64,000 nt of DNA from Candidatus Latescibacterota bacterium (GCA_965208125.1 OZ242320.1:5664001-5728000), one strand, 5' to 3'. Positions 29,719 through 40,476 are shown, counted from the stretch's first letter. Numbers and translations: made by a program. The notes: generated by a model not told the origin, from the letters alone.

Positions 29719-30861
29719 ATGAAAACCGAACTTACCAGACTCGATTTGGCCTGCTGGGGCGGGTTTATGATGTTTGCCACCAGCGGTGTCGTCACCCCAA
29801 TATGCCTACCCGAAATATCCAGCGCCCTGTCCATCTCCCTCTCTGAAAGCGGCGGCCTGGAAACCGCGCGAACATGTCTTTTGCTCGTCGTCTTAATCAT
29901 GTCCGGCATCCTCGCGCGCAAATGGGGCAAAAAACATTTTGTGACCTGGGGACAATATCTCCTCGCCATCGGCCTTCTCATGATCAGCTATGCCGATAGC
30001 TACCCTGTGCTCATCCTGTCCCTCATGGTCACTGGCATAGGCGGTGGATTCACCGAAGCACTCATCAATCCCCTCGTCATCGACATTCACCCCAGAGACT
30101 CGGGCAAATACCTCAACATCACCAACGCATTTTACCCCGTCGGCGTCCTGGTCTCCGCGCTCCTCTTTGGCGAACTCTTGACCCTCGGATATTCCTGGCG
30201 GCTCGTATTTCGCATTGCCGCAGCGGGCGCGCTTTCCATGGGCATCTTATTCCACCTATCGCGCTTTCCCATACCCGTAGCAGATCAGCAATCATCTAAA
30301 CACCTGATTGCACAAATCCTCAAAACGCCCAAATTTTGGCTCTTTGCCATCGCCATATTTTTGGGCGCAGGTATCGAAGCGGCATTCACATTCTGGAGCC
30401 GCAGCTATGTGGAAACCTACCTCCAGGACATGCCCCGCGCCGGTGCAATCGCAGTTGTCCTCTTTGCGATCACAATGGCTCTGGGCCGCTTGCTTTCCGC
30501 AAAATTGTCCCAGATAATCAGCCTGAAAACCCTGATGCTCGGTTCCGCTATCCTCGGTGTCGTCGTCAGCAGCGGCATTCCCTTCTCCGAAAATCTGATC
30601 GGATTTTACATCCTGCTCCTTTTCGCTGGATTTGCAACTGCCTGCTTCTGGCCCACCATACTCGCCGAAGCCGCGGAACACCTGTCCTTTGACGCCACCA
30701 TGCTCTTTGTCGTACTCGCCTGCTTTGGCATTGCCGGATTTGGCCTCATCCCCTGGATCATGGGCGTGATCGGAGATAGCGCTGGCCTGAAAGCGGGTTT
30801 CTCTATTATACCCGGTCTCTTTATTGGCTTGATCATCGTACTCGCCATCACAAAGCGTTAA
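29719..30861 (+). CDS. MFS transporter (FucP/TsgA-like)
   Basis: About 12 hydrophobic helices; GILARKWGKK and GRLLSAKLSQ loop motifs. Confidence 0.88.
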   Translation: MKTELTRLDLACWGGFMMFATSGVVTPICLPEISSALSISLSESGGLETARTCLLLVVLIMSGILARKWGKKHFVTWGQYLLAIGLLMISYADSYPVLILSLMVTGIGGGFTEALINPLVIDIHPRDSGKYLNITNAFYPVGVLVSALLFGELLTLGYSWRLVFRIAAAGALSMGILFHLSRFPIPVADQQSSKHLIAQILKTPKFWLFAIAIFLGAGIEAAFTFWSRSYVETYLQDMPRAGAIAVVLFAITMALGRLLSAKLSQIISLKTLMLGSAILGVVVSSGIPFSENLIGFYILLLFAGFATACFWPTILAEAAEHLSFDATMLFVVLACFGIAGFGLIPWIMGVIGDSAGLKAGFSIIPGLFIGLIIVLAITKR

Positions 30862-32384
30862 TCACCCGGCGGCCAAACCGTCTCTTTCGTATATGCCTCT
30901 TTTAAATCGCGCCAATACCGCCTGCCTTTGTGAACCAGATTTGTCGGCGCAAACCGCTTGTTCAAACCCCTCTCGTGACTCGACCGTCCCGTATCGGTTC
31001 GATATTGCAATGTGAACCGCATCAATTGTGCGAGCAAATCAAAGCGCACATCTGCATATTCTGGATCGGCCCAAACATTTGCGATCTCGCCCGGGTCATT
31101 GCGATGATCGTACAACTCTCCCTCATCCAGACTCCCGTAAAACACCAACCGAAAATCGCGCGTGCGAATCGCCGACACCTTGCCCCCGGGATTGCCCCAA
31201 TCCCACTCGCAAAATGCCGCGCCTTTCCCATCTGTCTTGCCATTCACAACGGGAACCAGATCGCGCCCATCGCGCCCACTGGGAATGGGAATATCGCAGA
31301 GACGGCACAGCGTGGGATACCAATCGACCGATTCGACAATCGCATCACATGTCGCGCCCGATGGACCACCCGGATAACGCAATACAAAAGGAATGCGGTG
31401 AATCGAATCGTAAATCCCAAAATTCTTGTGAAACAACCCGTGATCACCCGCAAAATCTCCGTGATCCGCGCAATACAAAACAATCGTATTCTCCAACTCC
31501 CCCACATCATCCAGATAATCCAGCACCCGCCCAATCTCGGAATCAATCGCCGTAATCAGCGCGTAATAACTCGCCAAACAGCGCTTCAGGCGATCGGGAT
31601 TTGGATCGGCCAGTGGATACCCACACCCATCGGCCAACCGCTCTTGCATAAACTCGGGCTTGCTGGCAAAACGACACTCAAAATAATCAACCGCACTATC
31701 GGGCAAAACCATCTCATCCGGATTGTACATATCAAAATGCTCTGCCGCAGGCGCAATCGGTGCATGGGGCCTTTGAAAACTCATGTGCAAAAAAAACGGC
31801 CGATCATCGTCCCGCTCCTTCAAAAACACCAGCGACTCATTGCCCGTATAATGCTCAATCGAATGCTGATATGGCAGTTTGGCTGGCGCACTGCCATCCA
31901 TCGTATATTCCTGTCCGGGTCTGGCCGAGCCTTCTTCGTAAAAATCCGACAACCCCAGATCTTCCAGATACTTAAAATAGTGCGTCTCGGTCGGATCCAA
32001 ATGCGTCGCATCGCACAAATCCGTATATCGGATACGCTCAAAACCATCCTCATCCCAGCGCCGAACCATGTGCGCCTTGCCGATCACAGCCGTTTGATAT
32101 CCGTACCTCCGAAACTGGCACGCCAGCGTATTGGGATTCGCCTCGGGAATCTCCGAATGATCATTGCCAAACATTCGATGCGTGTGGCAATACTGCCCGG
32201 TCATAAAACAAATCCGCGACGGCGAACAAATCGGATTATTGCAAAAAGCGCGTGTAAACACCACCCCCTCATCCGCAATGCGGTCCATATTGGGCGTCCT
32301 GACATTTGGATGCGCGGCAAATCCCGTGCAATTGGCATTGTGCTGATCCGACATCAGCCACAAAACATTGGGTCTTCGCGCCAT
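30858..32384 (-). CDS. Sulfatase
   Basis: PNVLWLMSDQH, CSPSR, GKAH, ADHGD, ELYD....P.E..N. Confidence 0.93.
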   Translation of the reverse strand: MARRPNVLWLMSDQHNANCTGFAAHPNVRTPNMDRIADEGVVFTRAFCNNPICSPSRICFMTGQYCHTHRMFGNDHSEIPEANPNTLACQFRRYGYQTAVIGKAHMVRRWDEDGFERIRYTDLCDATHLDPTETHYFKYLEDLGLSDFYEEGSARPGQEYTMDGSAPAKLPYQHSIEHYTGNESLVFLKERDDDRPFFLHMSFQRPHAPIAPAAEHFDMYNPDEMVLPDSAVDYFECRFASKPEFMQERLADGCGYPLADPNPDRLKRCLASYYALITAIDSEIGRVLDYLDDVGELENTIVLYCADHGDFAGDHGLFHKNFGIYDSIHRIPFVLRYPGGPSGATCDAIVESVDWYPTLCRLCDIPIPSGRDGRDLVPVVNGKTDGKGAAFCEWDWGNPGGKVSAIRTRDFRLVFYGSLDEGELYDHRNDPGEIANVWADPEYADVRFDLLAQLMRFTLQYRTDTGRSSHERGLNKRFAPTNLVHKGRRYWRDLKEAYTKETVWPPGD

Positions 32385-32488
32385 AAATCTCTCCTTTCAA
32401 AGTGTATGTGTTTGCAGACTATGGGATAAAGCATTAAATTGTTCCCGTTGGATCAGAATGAATCGATCTTTTGCAGAGGAAAAACACC

Positions 32489-33838
32489 ATGTTTTTTGAT
32501 AACATCGCGCTCGGCGTACCCAAAATATTGCTCCCAAATCCCGAAATCGATTGCAGCAAATGGGCAGTCATTGCCTGTGACCAGTATGTACACGACATAT
32601 CGTATTGGGAAGAAGTCAAAAGCATTGTGGGAGACACGCCATCAACCCTGGACCTCATCTATCCCGAAGTCTATCTCTACGACGACGAACACAAAGAACG
32701 CATTGCTCGCGTACACAACAACATGAAACGCTTTGTCACCGATGGCATTTTCCGCGACGAAATTGAGGGCTTTTTGCTCGTTGACCGCGTTTTGCCTTCT
32801 GGAAAATCGCGCAAGGGACTCGTCGTCACCCTTGACCTCGAGCATTACGACAGCCGCAGCCAGTCCAAAACCCTCATCCGCACAACCGAGGGCACCTATC
32901 CCAAAAACCTCGAAGCGCGTTTTGAAGTTCGGGGCAACGCCTCTCTCGAATCACCGCATATTTTAGTTCTCATAGACGACCCCAAAAAGGAAATTATCGA
33001 ACCCCTCTTTGACGAAAACTATCTCAAGATCGTCGATTTCGAACTCATGATGAATGGGGGACAACTCAAATATCACTTGATCAACGAACAAAAAGACATC
33101 GCGCGCATTGCCCAAAAACTCGCCAAACGCATTGAACCCGATTACATCCATCAGAAGTATGGCGTAGAAAACGAAACACTCCTCTACGCCATGGGCGATG
33201 GCAACCACTCATTTGCCGCCGCGCAAAAAGCATGGGAAAAAATTAAAACAACTCTCAATAACGGACAACGCGCAGCACGACATCCGGCCAGACACGCCAT
33301 GGTCGAATTGATCAACCTGCACGACGACGCGATAGATATAGAGCCAATCCACAGATTAATCACCCGCATTGATCCACACACCGCCTGCAACATCCTCGTC
33401 GCCCTGCTCAATGCATCGGGCACCCGGGCGCGTCTGGAAAAAGTCTCATCGCCCGACGCGCAACATCAGCGCACCGCAGCCCTATCATCTGCATCCACCC
33501 ATTGCCTCCCCTATCGCACCGCAGGAGATTTGGGCATACTCGTAATTGAAAACCCATCTCAAAGAACCATACCCGAAACAATGGAAGCCGCGCTCGACCT
33601 GTTCACGCGAGAAAATACCGAAGCCGAAGTCGGATTCATCCACGGCGAAGACGTAATCGACGACCTCGGCAACAAACCCGACGCGCTCGGCTTTTACATG
33701 CCACCCATTTCAAAGGACAGCGTCTTCGAATCCATTGTCCGCTACGGCGCCTATCCTCGAAAATCCATATCCATTGGACACGCCGACGAAAAGCGTTACT
33801 ATATGGAATGCCGAAGCCTTGTCCATACTAAACCATAA
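32489..33838 (+). CDS. DUF1015 family protein
   Basis: KWAVIACDQY, LDLEHYD....LIRTTEGT, LLYAMGDGNHSFAAA, RYYMECR. Start at ATG 32489 with RBS AGAGGA. Confidence 0.85.
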   Translation: MFFDNIALGVPKILLPNPEIDCSKWAVIACDQYVHDISYWEEVKSIVGDTPSTLDLIYPEVYLYDDEHKERIARVHNNMKRFVTDGIFRDEIEGFLLVDRVLPSGKSRKGLVVTLDLEHYDSRSQSKTLIRTTEGTYPKNLEARFEVRGNASLESPHILVLIDDPKKEIIEPLFDENYLKIVDFELMMNGGQLKYHLINEQKDIARIAQKLAKRIEPDYIHQKYGVENETLLYAMGDGNHSFAAAQKAWEKIKTTLNNGQRAARHPARHAMVELINLHDDAIDIEPIHRLITRIDPHTACNILVALLNASGTRARLEKVSSPDAQHQRTAALSSASTHCLPYRTAGDLGILVIENPSQRTIPETMEAALDLFTRENTEAEVGFIHGEDVIDDLGNKPDALGFYMPPISKDSVFESIVRYGAYPRKSISIGHADEKRYYMECRSLVHTKP

Positions 33839-33879
33839 TTGATGACGACCTCAATGGCAATTTAGATATGAGGGGATGT

Positions 33880-35121
33880 ATGACTGAGATATACGACATA
33901 ATCATTGTTGGCGCGGGGCCAGCAGGCGCGACAGCGGCGTTATATGCCCATCGCGCGGGACTCAATGTCTGTCTGGTAGATAAGGCGCGATTTCCTCGGG
34001 ATAAAATCTGTGGCGACGCGCTATCGGGCAAAGTCGTGTCGATTTTACACGAACTCGATTTGTTCGACCGGGTCGCACGATTGCCTGGCGCGACCATTCG
34101 AGAAGTCGTATTTGGCAGCCCGAATCACGTGGATGCGCGCGTGGATCTGCGACGGTATGATCATCAGGATCAGGCCACGGGCAAAATACTGCCAATGGAA
34201 GGATTTGTGATCCGGCGCGAAGTACTGGATAAATTTCTCTTTGAAGAAGCCAAGAAAGTTGCGAGTACCTGTTATGAGGGATTTGCCGTTAAAGACCTGA
34301 TACGAGAAAACGAGAAAATTGTGGGTGTGCGCGGCGTGGTAGATGGCAGAGAACGAGAAATACAGGGCCGCGTTGTACTCGGTTGCGATGGTTTTAATTC
34401 AATGGTCGCGCGCAAAGCGGGATTATACGCCCATGAATCCGTGCATTGGGTTGTGGCAATTCGCTGCTATTACGAAAATGTGGCGGAATTGGGGAATCAA
34501 ATCGAGTTGCATTTTGTGGATGAAGTCTTGCCGGGTTATTTCTGGATTTTTCCACTGGAAAATGGAACGGCAAATGTGGGCATTGGCATGCGTCACGATG
34601 TATTGAAAAAACGAAGGGTGGATTTGAAAGTAGCACTAAACGAAGTAATCAACCGTTCGCCCTATGCCCATCGGTTCAAAAATGCGCGTCCAACAGAAGA
34701 CCCGGTGGGATGGAATCTACCTGTTGGGAGTACCCGTCGAAAAAGTTATGGAAATGGCGTATTGCTCCTGGGCGATGCCGCGGGATTGATCGACCCCTTT
34801 ACGGGCGAGGGAATTGGCAATGCGTTGTATTCCGCGCGTTTTGCCGTGGATGCCGTGCAAGAAGCCATTGCCGCAGACAATTATTCAGCGGCTTTTTTGA
34901 AGCGATACGAAGACCGATTATGGGATGCAATAGGCGATGAATTGGCGACAAGCACGCGAATGCAAAAATTGGGACAATGGCGTCCCCTCCTCAATTTTAC
35001 CATCCACAAAGCCGCACACAACGACAAAGTACGCGATCTAATCTGCGGCATGATGGCCAATGCCGTCCCCAAAAAACAACTCACTAATCCCCTGTTTTAT
35101 TTGAAGCTATTGTTTAGTTGA
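33880..35121 (+). CDS. Geranylgeranyl reductase-family FAD oxidoreductase
   Basis: GAGPAG, FPRDKICGD, PGYFWIFP, GDAAGLIDPFTGEGI. Confidence 0.9.
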   Translation: MTEIYDIIIVGAGPAGATAALYAHRAGLNVCLVDKARFPRDKICGDALSGKVVSILHELDLFDRVARLPGATIREVVFGSPNHVDARVDLRRYDHQDQATGKILPMEGFVIRREVLDKFLFEEAKKVASTCYEGFAVKDLIRENEKIVGVRGVVDGREREIQGRVVLGCDGFNSMVARKAGLYAHESVHWVVAIRCYYENVAELGNQIELHFVDEVLPGYFWIFPLENGTANVGIGMRHDVLKKRRVDLKVALNEVINRSPYAHRFKNARPTEDPVGWNLPVGSTRRKSYGNGVLLLGDAAGLIDPFTGEGIGNALYSARFAVDAVQEAIAADNYSAAFLKRYEDRLWDAIGDELATSTRMQKLGQWRPLLNFTIHKAAHNDKVRDLICGMMANAVPKKQLTNPLFYLKLLFS

Positions 35122-35168
35122 AGAAGCAGTAATCAGTAGCCAGTGGTCAGTCCCCGCCCATTCGCCCC

Positions 35169-35197
35169 ATCTGTGTCCATCTGCGTCATCTGCGGAT
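35169..35197 (+). repeat. 29-bp direct repeat, left copy (ATCTGTGTCCATCTGCGTCATCTGCGGAT)
   Basis: 27/29 identical to 45739-45767; the two copies bracket the defence-like region. Confidence 0.8.
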
Positions 35198-35221
35198 ATG
35201 GGTTGGATTGGCTGATCGTTT

Positions 35222-36751
35222 ATGGATTCTAAGACCATGAAACGAATTTTAATATGCTGGATCGGCAACACAGACTTACAAGCCTGTGAAGGGGAAGATG
35301 TAGGTGTGGGGCCTATCGCCCAAGCACTGAACAAGCGCGAATTTGATAAGGTCTTTTTCATCACCGATTATGAAGATACCCGCGTAAAGCCTTACATCAA
35401 CTGGATACAAGAAAAAACTCCAACGCCACACCAACTATTTTATAGACATCTTTCAAGCCCCACCCACTTTGGGGAAATTTACGAGGCTGCTGCAAGCGTC
35501 TGCCAGGAAGCTCTGGATCAATATGGCAATCAAACAGAACTAACCTTTCATCTCAGCCCCGGCACGCCAGCAATGGCCGCGGTATGGATCATTTTGGCGA
35601 AAACGCGCTTTCCCGCTGAATTGATCGAATCCTCAAGAGCGCACGGCGTTCAAACCGCCTCCGTACCCTTTGATATTTCTGCAGAATTTTTACCCACCCT
35701 CCTGCAAAAACCCGATGCAGAACTCCGCTCATTAAACGAAGAAAAACCCACAGAACCAGCGAATTTTGAAAACATAATATACAGGAGCCAGGCCATAGCG
35801 CGCGTGGTCGAAAAAGCAAAGCGTGCTGCCGTGCGGAATATCCCCGTCTTATTCGAAGGAGAATCTGGTACAGGAAAAGAACTCTTTGCGCGCGCTATTC
35901 ACCAGAACAGCCCGCGAAAAGAAGGGCCATTTATCCCCGTAAACTGCGGCGCGATTCCTCCCAATCTCGTGGAATCTGAACTGTTTGGGCACAAGGGAGG
36001 TGTGTTCACAGGCGCCCCTTATGATCGCAAAGGCCACTTTGAAAAGGCAAATAAAGGCACCATCTTTTTGGATGAAATTGGCGAATTGCCCAAAGATATA
36101 CAGGTAACAATATTGCGCGTCTTACAAGAAGGAGAGGTCGTGCGACTCGGTGAATCCGAACCCCAAAAAGTAGATGTACGCATTGTTGCGGCGACAAATC
36201 GAAATCTCATTGAGGAAGTTAGTGAAGGACGGTTCCGCGAAGACCTGTTCTATCGGCTTGTAGTAGCCTATCTCAAATTGCCCCCACTGCGCGAACGCAC
36301 GGGAGATTTGGGGCTGTTAATTGACCATTCGCTCGAACTGATCAATCAGGAGAATGAAACGCAACCCGGCTACAAACACAAAAAAATTTCCGCTGGCGCA
36401 AGAAATCTTCTTCTCAATTACCATTGGCCCGGCAATATACGCGAGTTACAAAACACGCTCAGACGCGCAATGGTGTGGACAGACGAAGAAACTCTTACAA
36501 GACAAGACATTGAAGAAGCTCTCTTACCCGCGTTTGGAAAACAAGACGAAGATATCCTGAATCGCCCTCTGGATGCGAATTTCAGCTTGCCCGATCTGAT
36601 TGATGAAGTTGCAAAACACTATCTTAACCGCGCTTTGCAAGAATCTAAAACAAAAAAAGAAGCCGCAGAACTCGTGGGATTACCCAGTCCACAGACCTTT
36701 ACCAACTGGGCAAAAAAGCACGGCGTAGCAATTGATGAAAAAAGAAAATAG
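35222..36751 (+). CDS. Sigma54-dependent enhancer-binding protein with RtcR-like (CARF-like) N-terminal sensor and C-terminal HTH
   Basis: GESGTGKE, NCGA, ESELFGH..GVFTGA (GAFTGA variant), FLDEIGE, RFREDLFYRL, WPGNIREL. N-terminus WIGNTD...SPT.F..IY...FHLSPGTPAM resembles the RtcR sensor. Confidence 0.88.
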   Translation: MDSKTMKRILICWIGNTDLQACEGEDVGVGPIAQALNKREFDKVFFITDYEDTRVKPYINWIQEKTPTPHQLFYRHLSSPTHFGEIYEAAASVCQEALDQYGNQTELTFHLSPGTPAMAAVWIILAKTRFPAELIESSRAHGVQTASVPFDISAEFLPTLLQKPDAELRSLNEEKPTEPANFENIIYRSQAIARVVEKAKRAAVRNIPVLFEGESGTGKELFARAIHQNSPRKEGPFIPVNCGAIPPNLVESELFGHKGGVFTGAPYDRKGHFEKANKGTIFLDEIGELPKDIQVTILRVLQEGEVVRLGESEPQKVDVRIVAATNRNLIEEVSEGRFREDLFYRLVVAYLKLPPLRERTGDLGLLIDHSLELINQENETQPGYKHKKISAGARNLLLNYHWPGNIRELQNTLRRAMVWTDEETLTRQDIEEALLPAFGKQDEDILNRPLDANFSLPDLIDEVAKHYLNRALQESKTKKEAAELVGLPSPQTFTNWAKKHGVAIDEKRK

Positions 36752-36787
36752 AGAAATTTTTAAAAAAATATCAAATTTTAGAGTGCA

Positions 36788-36805
36788 TTGGCACGAAATA
36801 TGCTT
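36788..36805 (+). promoter_or_regulatory. Sigma54 -24/-12 promoter
   Basis: TTGGCACGAAATATGCTT with GG 36790-91, N10, GC 36802-03; immediately downstream of the sigma54 activator gene. Confidence 0.85.
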
Positions 36806-36841
36806 GAACAGTGAGCGTGACAGCGACGTGGACTCCCGGCA

Positions 36842-36996
36842 CCTGAAGAAATTTCTTGACAAAGCTGCTGTATTAGTGAAAAAATTAGCATGCTGACCCA
36901 TTCCAAAGTAGAGAAAGTTGGGTATTCCAAAATTTGTCAATCCCAAGCGTTTCAGACAAACCTGAACGTTTTTTTCACCTTGTGAGAAATCATGGC
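36842..36996 (+). repeat. Conserved ~150-bp leader, copy 1 (homologous to 40983-41140); candidate structured RNA or operator
   Basis: Shared blocks CCTGAA..AATTTCTTGACAA, ATTCCAAAGT, TATTCCAAAA(A)TTTGTCAA, CAAGCGTTTCAGA, CCTGAACG, GAGAAA.CATGGC. Confidence 0.8.
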
Positions 36997-39097
36997 CAAT
37001 TTAGATATTAAAAACCTAGTGAAGGAACTATTTCCTAGCAGCGTAAAGGACCCGGGGTATCAAAGGTATTTGGAAGGATTCATTGAAGAAGGATTAAAAA
37101 CTGAAAATTCTTATAAATTTCAACATCTTACATCTATTGTCATTGAAAATTTCAAGTGCATCGGCGATGCCGTAACTATTCCCATTCGTCCCATCACATT
37201 GTTATTTGGAAAAAATAGTTCGGGTAAATCAACAGTGTTACAGGCACTGCGTTATGGCTACGAAATGTGGCAAGGTAAATTAGCCAGCCATATATCAATG
37301 AGCGGTGGCTTTAATATTGACTTTAGTGATTTTCCCGCCCTGGTACATGGCCATGATCTGGACCGAAAAATTCGAATTCGCTTCGAATATACCTTTGATT
37401 TCGATACCCAATATCCTACTTATGAATTTAGCGAAGTGGTAACAGGTTGGAAAGATGGACAAGGCAATATCGTGTCATGGTTATGGGGAATGAGCAAGAA
37501 TAACGAGGAACTGATTCGTTGTTCCTTTGATAGCTTAGAAGCCCACACACATGATACGATATTTGGCTCAAATGGTGAGGAATTGATCCGTTTGAAAGAA
37601 AAAAAAGGGTTCCCAAAGTTTTCTCCAGAAATATATGTGAATACTAATAATATTCATAAGGATTCTATAGATTTCCAGTTAAATATAATTAGGTATAGAT
37701 TACTGCATCAGCAAGAACTTACAGAATCCTCTAGCGATATTCAACATTTGGGACCATTCCGTGAAGTGCCCCAAACGCTTGATAACTCATGGGAAAAAGG
37801 AATTGGAGCCTGGAATACTCTCGCTCGTGATCCGGAATTGCTAAAAGAAACAAATCGCTATATGAGAGATATTTTGAAACTTGGATACACCATCAGTGAT
37901 ATCACACTTGATAGTCAAGAAAAGTCAAATATCACGCTTGATATGAATAGTGAAATCATGGAAAAGTTAAAAAAAATTTGCAATTCTGAAGACATAAAAG
38001 TTGATGAATTAAAAAAACAGGTTTATGATCCTCTTGTGCTATTATCTCGCCAACCTGTGATTAAACTTCATGACGAAAATGAGAATATAGAAGTTGGTCT
38101 CTCAGATATTGGTGTTGGTATCGCCCAAATTATTCCCGTTGTGGTGGGGACATTAGACGATAGCCACGGAATTTTTTTAGTTGAACAGCCAGAGCTTCAC
38201 ATTCATCCTGCTGTTCAGGTGGCTTTGGGCGATGTATTCATTGACAGCATAAAAACTAAGCAACTGTTTTTAGATGATTCTCAATTCATACAAGAATGGG
38301 CTCATTCTTTTCTAGCCGGAGACGAGACCTATAAGAAATTTTACTCCAAGTTTATCTCCAAGCTACAAAACAGTCCGGACTTCCTTGAAAAGAAAAAAAA
38401 TATCAATAACCCTGCTTCTTTTTATAATATTTCCTCTAAGATTAGCGGCCTCATAATAGACAGCATAAAAATTGGGCAAGAGTGTTTTGATTTTTCTCTA
38501 TCTTTGCAAGAGGCTTCAGATAAATTTCTCTCCAAAATGGAAAATAGCTTTGATTTTTCTCTATCTTTGCAAGAGGATTCAGATAAACTTCTCTCCAAGA
38601 TAGAAAACAGCAAGGAAGACCTACTTGATATTAAAGGACGGACATTTAGAAAGGAAGATCTACTTGAAAGCGTCAAAAATATCAATGATCCTGCCAATGA
38701 TCCTGCTTTTTATTATGAGATTATTGACCTCATAAAAGATAGCCATCAGGATATTCTAATAGTTGCCGAGGGGTTAAACAAAAAACAGAGAGAATTAGGT
38801 AAAAAGCGTATAAAAGATCTCTTAAGTATGGGTAAAAATAGTAATCGCACTCTACTCATTGAAACGCATTCAGAGCACCTGTTACTGAGGATTATGAGGC
38901 GGATGCGTGAGACGTTTGAAGACAGAATTGAAGAAAATCGATTTCCTGTAACCCCCGATGATATTGCCGTGCTATTTGTCGAAAGGCATGATTCGCAAAC
39001 AATCATACGGGAAATGCCTGTTAATGAACGTGGAGAATTGGTAAAAGCCTGGCCTGGCGGTTTTTTCGAGGAAGATATAGAAGAGGTATTTGCTTAA
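36992..39097 (+). CDS. ABC/AAA_15-21-type ATPase with C-terminal DUF3696-like domain (defence-associated), copy 1
   Basis: IENFK, Walker A GKNSSGKS, signature DIGVGIAQ, Walker B FLVEQPELHIHP, H-loop IETHSEH, tail G.....WPGGFF. Confidence 0.88.
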   Translation: MANLDIKNLVKELFPSSVKDPGYQRYLEGFIEEGLKTENSYKFQHLTSIVIENFKCIGDAVTIPIRPITLLFGKNSSGKSTVLQALRYGYEMWQGKLASHISMSGGFNIDFSDFPALVHGHDLDRKIRIRFEYTFDFDTQYPTYEFSEVVTGWKDGQGNIVSWLWGMSKNNEELIRCSFDSLEAHTHDTIFGSNGEELIRLKEKKGFPKFSPEIYVNTNNIHKDSIDFQLNIIRYRLLHQQELTESSSDIQHLGPFREVPQTLDNSWEKGIGAWNTLARDPELLKETNRYMRDILKLGYTISDITLDSQEKSNITLDMNSEIMEKLKKICNSEDIKVDELKKQVYDPLVLLSRQPVIKLHDENENIEVGLSDIGVGIAQIIPVVVGTLDDSHGIFLVEQPELHIHPAVQVALGDVFIDSIKTKQLFLDDSQFIQEWAHSFLAGDETYKKFYSKFISKLQNSPDFLEKKKNINNPASFYNISSKISGLIIDSIKIGQECFDFSLSLQEASDKFLSKMENSFDFSLSLQEDSDKLLSKIENSKEDLLDIKGRTFRKEDLLESVKNINDPANDPAFYYEIIDLIKDSHQDILIVAEGLNKKQRELGKKRIKDLLSMGKNSNRTLLIETHSEHLLLRIMRRMRETFEDRIEENRFPVTPDDIAVLFVERHDSQTIIREMPVNERGELVKAWPGGFFEEDIEEVFA
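38486..38611 (+). repeat. 63-bp tandem duplication inside the ATPase insert
   Basis: FDFSLSLQEASDKFLSKMENS / FDFSLSLQEDSDKLLSKIENS; copies start at 38486 and 38549. Confidence 0.9.
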
Positions 39098-40050
39098 TGG
39101 CTTTATTTTCTGAGTATGCTGTAACACCTGATGTGTTTAATGAGAGTTGTTATGATTCGCCAGCATTGTGTGATGCATATTTTAGACAATTGCTGGAAGT
39201 TTTTTTGAGTGAAGGGCTCGTTCGAAATCTTCGCAATGGCGAATGGCAAGCGTTCTTTTCAATCCCTGCAAGACCCTGGCATTCCCGTATAAAGCATATT
39301 TTGAAAAATTTGACAGATGCTGGTCGCTTAGTGCCAGGCGATCCAGCATTAAGTCATATACCTCAGACTGATCGTGAATGGTGCAACGAGGCACTGGCTT
39401 CGCATGACACCACACCTTTGAATGGTATTATAGTGAGTGATGCTATTGAAAGGACCTATCGCAGAAATCAGTTGGTTGAAAGTGTGAGCAGACTATCGCA
39501 ATCTACCTGCGCGTGGTGGGAACCCACAAATAGCTCGCTTCGGTTAGAACGTACTATCAGTCAGTATATAGACGCTCTTAAGCTGATTCTCAAACATGCT
39601 AAATCCATTATGTTTATAGACCCCAATATTGATCCAGCAAAGAGCAACTATGCTAATTTTATACAATTGCTTGAAGCAGCAGGTAATAGACCATCACAAT
39701 CACCCCGGCCACTCGTTGAGATACACCGCAAAAGTCTTCGCGGCTCTGGGAAAAATGCTCCCCTATGGGATCAACAAGACATGGAAGATACATTTCGAAC
39801 CGAATTTGGCCCAGTTCTTTCGCAGTCAAACTTAAAAATAGAAGTCTTTATATGGGACGATTTTCATGACCGTTATTTGATCAGCAATTTAGGAGGAATA
39901 CTGGTCCCCTATGGATTTGACACGTCAAGCAAGCCTGATGACTTAACAACATGGTCACGACTTGGACGGTCTGATCGAGATGATGTACAACGCGAATTTG
40001 CTCGCGAGAGCAATAAACACAAATTACTGTTTAATTTTACGATACCGTAA
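39097..40050 (+). CDS. Hypothetical protein with PLD/MIT_C-like FHDRYL motif (putative nuclease effector), copy 1
   Basis: TAATG coupling to the ATPase; IMFIDPN...FHDRYLISNLGGILVPYGFD; homologous to 42956-43963. Confidence 0.7.
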   Translation: MALFSEYAVTPDVFNESCYDSPALCDAYFRQLLEVFLSEGLVRNLRNGEWQAFFSIPARPWHSRIKHILKNLTDAGRLVPGDPALSHIPQTDREWCNEALASHDTTPLNGIIVSDAIERTYRRNQLVESVSRLSQSTCAWWEPTNSSLRLERTISQYIDALKLILKHAKSIMFIDPNIDPAKSNYANFIQLLEAAGNRPSQSPRPLVEIHRKSLRGSGKNAPLWDQQDMEDTFRTEFGPVLSQSNLKIEVFIWDDFHDRYLISNLGGILVPYGFDTSSKPDDLTTWSRLGRSDRDDVQREFARESNKHKLLFNFTIP

Positions 40051-40053
40051 AAT

Positions 40054-40092
40054 ACGGTGAGTGTCGAGAGATACTCACCGTTTTATTTTTTA
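40054..40092 (+). terminator. Intrinsic terminator
   Basis: ACGGTGAGTGTC-GAGA-GATACTCACCGT stem with GNRA loop, followed by TTTATTTTTT. Confidence 0.88.
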
Positions 40093-40335
40093 TGGCGACC
40101 AAGATGTGGAGGGAGGGAAAGAAATAGCGATTTCCAAGGTTGTTGATCAACGAAAGAATACTCCTAAACAAACATAAAAAAATTTACACTCCCACAATAA
40201 ATTTTACTCCTACCATCATTTCGGCTTGATTAGCGAATGTGCAGACACCGCCTTTATCGCGTTTACGGAGTGGAAATTGGTAAAAAATCAAGGAAAAAGA
40301 ACAAAATTTATCAAAAAATCAAAATTTAGGTCGGA

Positions 40336-40353
40336 TTGGCACGGAATATGCTT
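40336..40353 (+). promoter_or_regulatory. Sigma54 -24/-12 promoter, second copy
   Basis: TTGGCACGGAATATGCTT with GG 40338-39, N10, GC 40350-51; 17/18 identical to 36788-36805, with a similar AT-rich ATCAAA.TTTAG block upstream. Confidence 0.85.
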
Positions 40354-40476
40354 AAACGATAGGCACGACAGCAATCGGGATGTTAGGAAGTAGGATTAAG
40401 GGCAGTAAACAGGTAGAAACGTCAGGTTATTAGCAAAAATTTGTGTGTCCTGATACACAACTCAGGAGGTATTGCA

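Noticed and set aside
30930-32429. 499-aa plus-strand ORF
   Set aside because: Antisense shadow of the well-supported minus-strand sulfatase.
28218-35121. Sulfatase-MFS-sulfatase, DUF1015 and geranylgeranyl reductase as a novel pathway
   Set aside because: Common gene families in mixed orientation with no evidence of a shared function; substrates cannot be inferred.
35127-35151. Short heptamer-like run CAGTAAT-CAGTAGC-CAGTGGT-CAGT
   Set aside because: Only three degenerate units; no supportable function.
35222-36751. Calling the activator rtcR of an RNA-repair operon
   Set aside because: No rtcA/rtcB nearby and similarity is motif-level only, so no symbol was assigned.
40255-40310. Possible remnant of a second activator 3' end (FTEWK versus FTNWAK) before promoter 2
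   Set aside because: The match is too short to distinguish from chance without alignment statistics.
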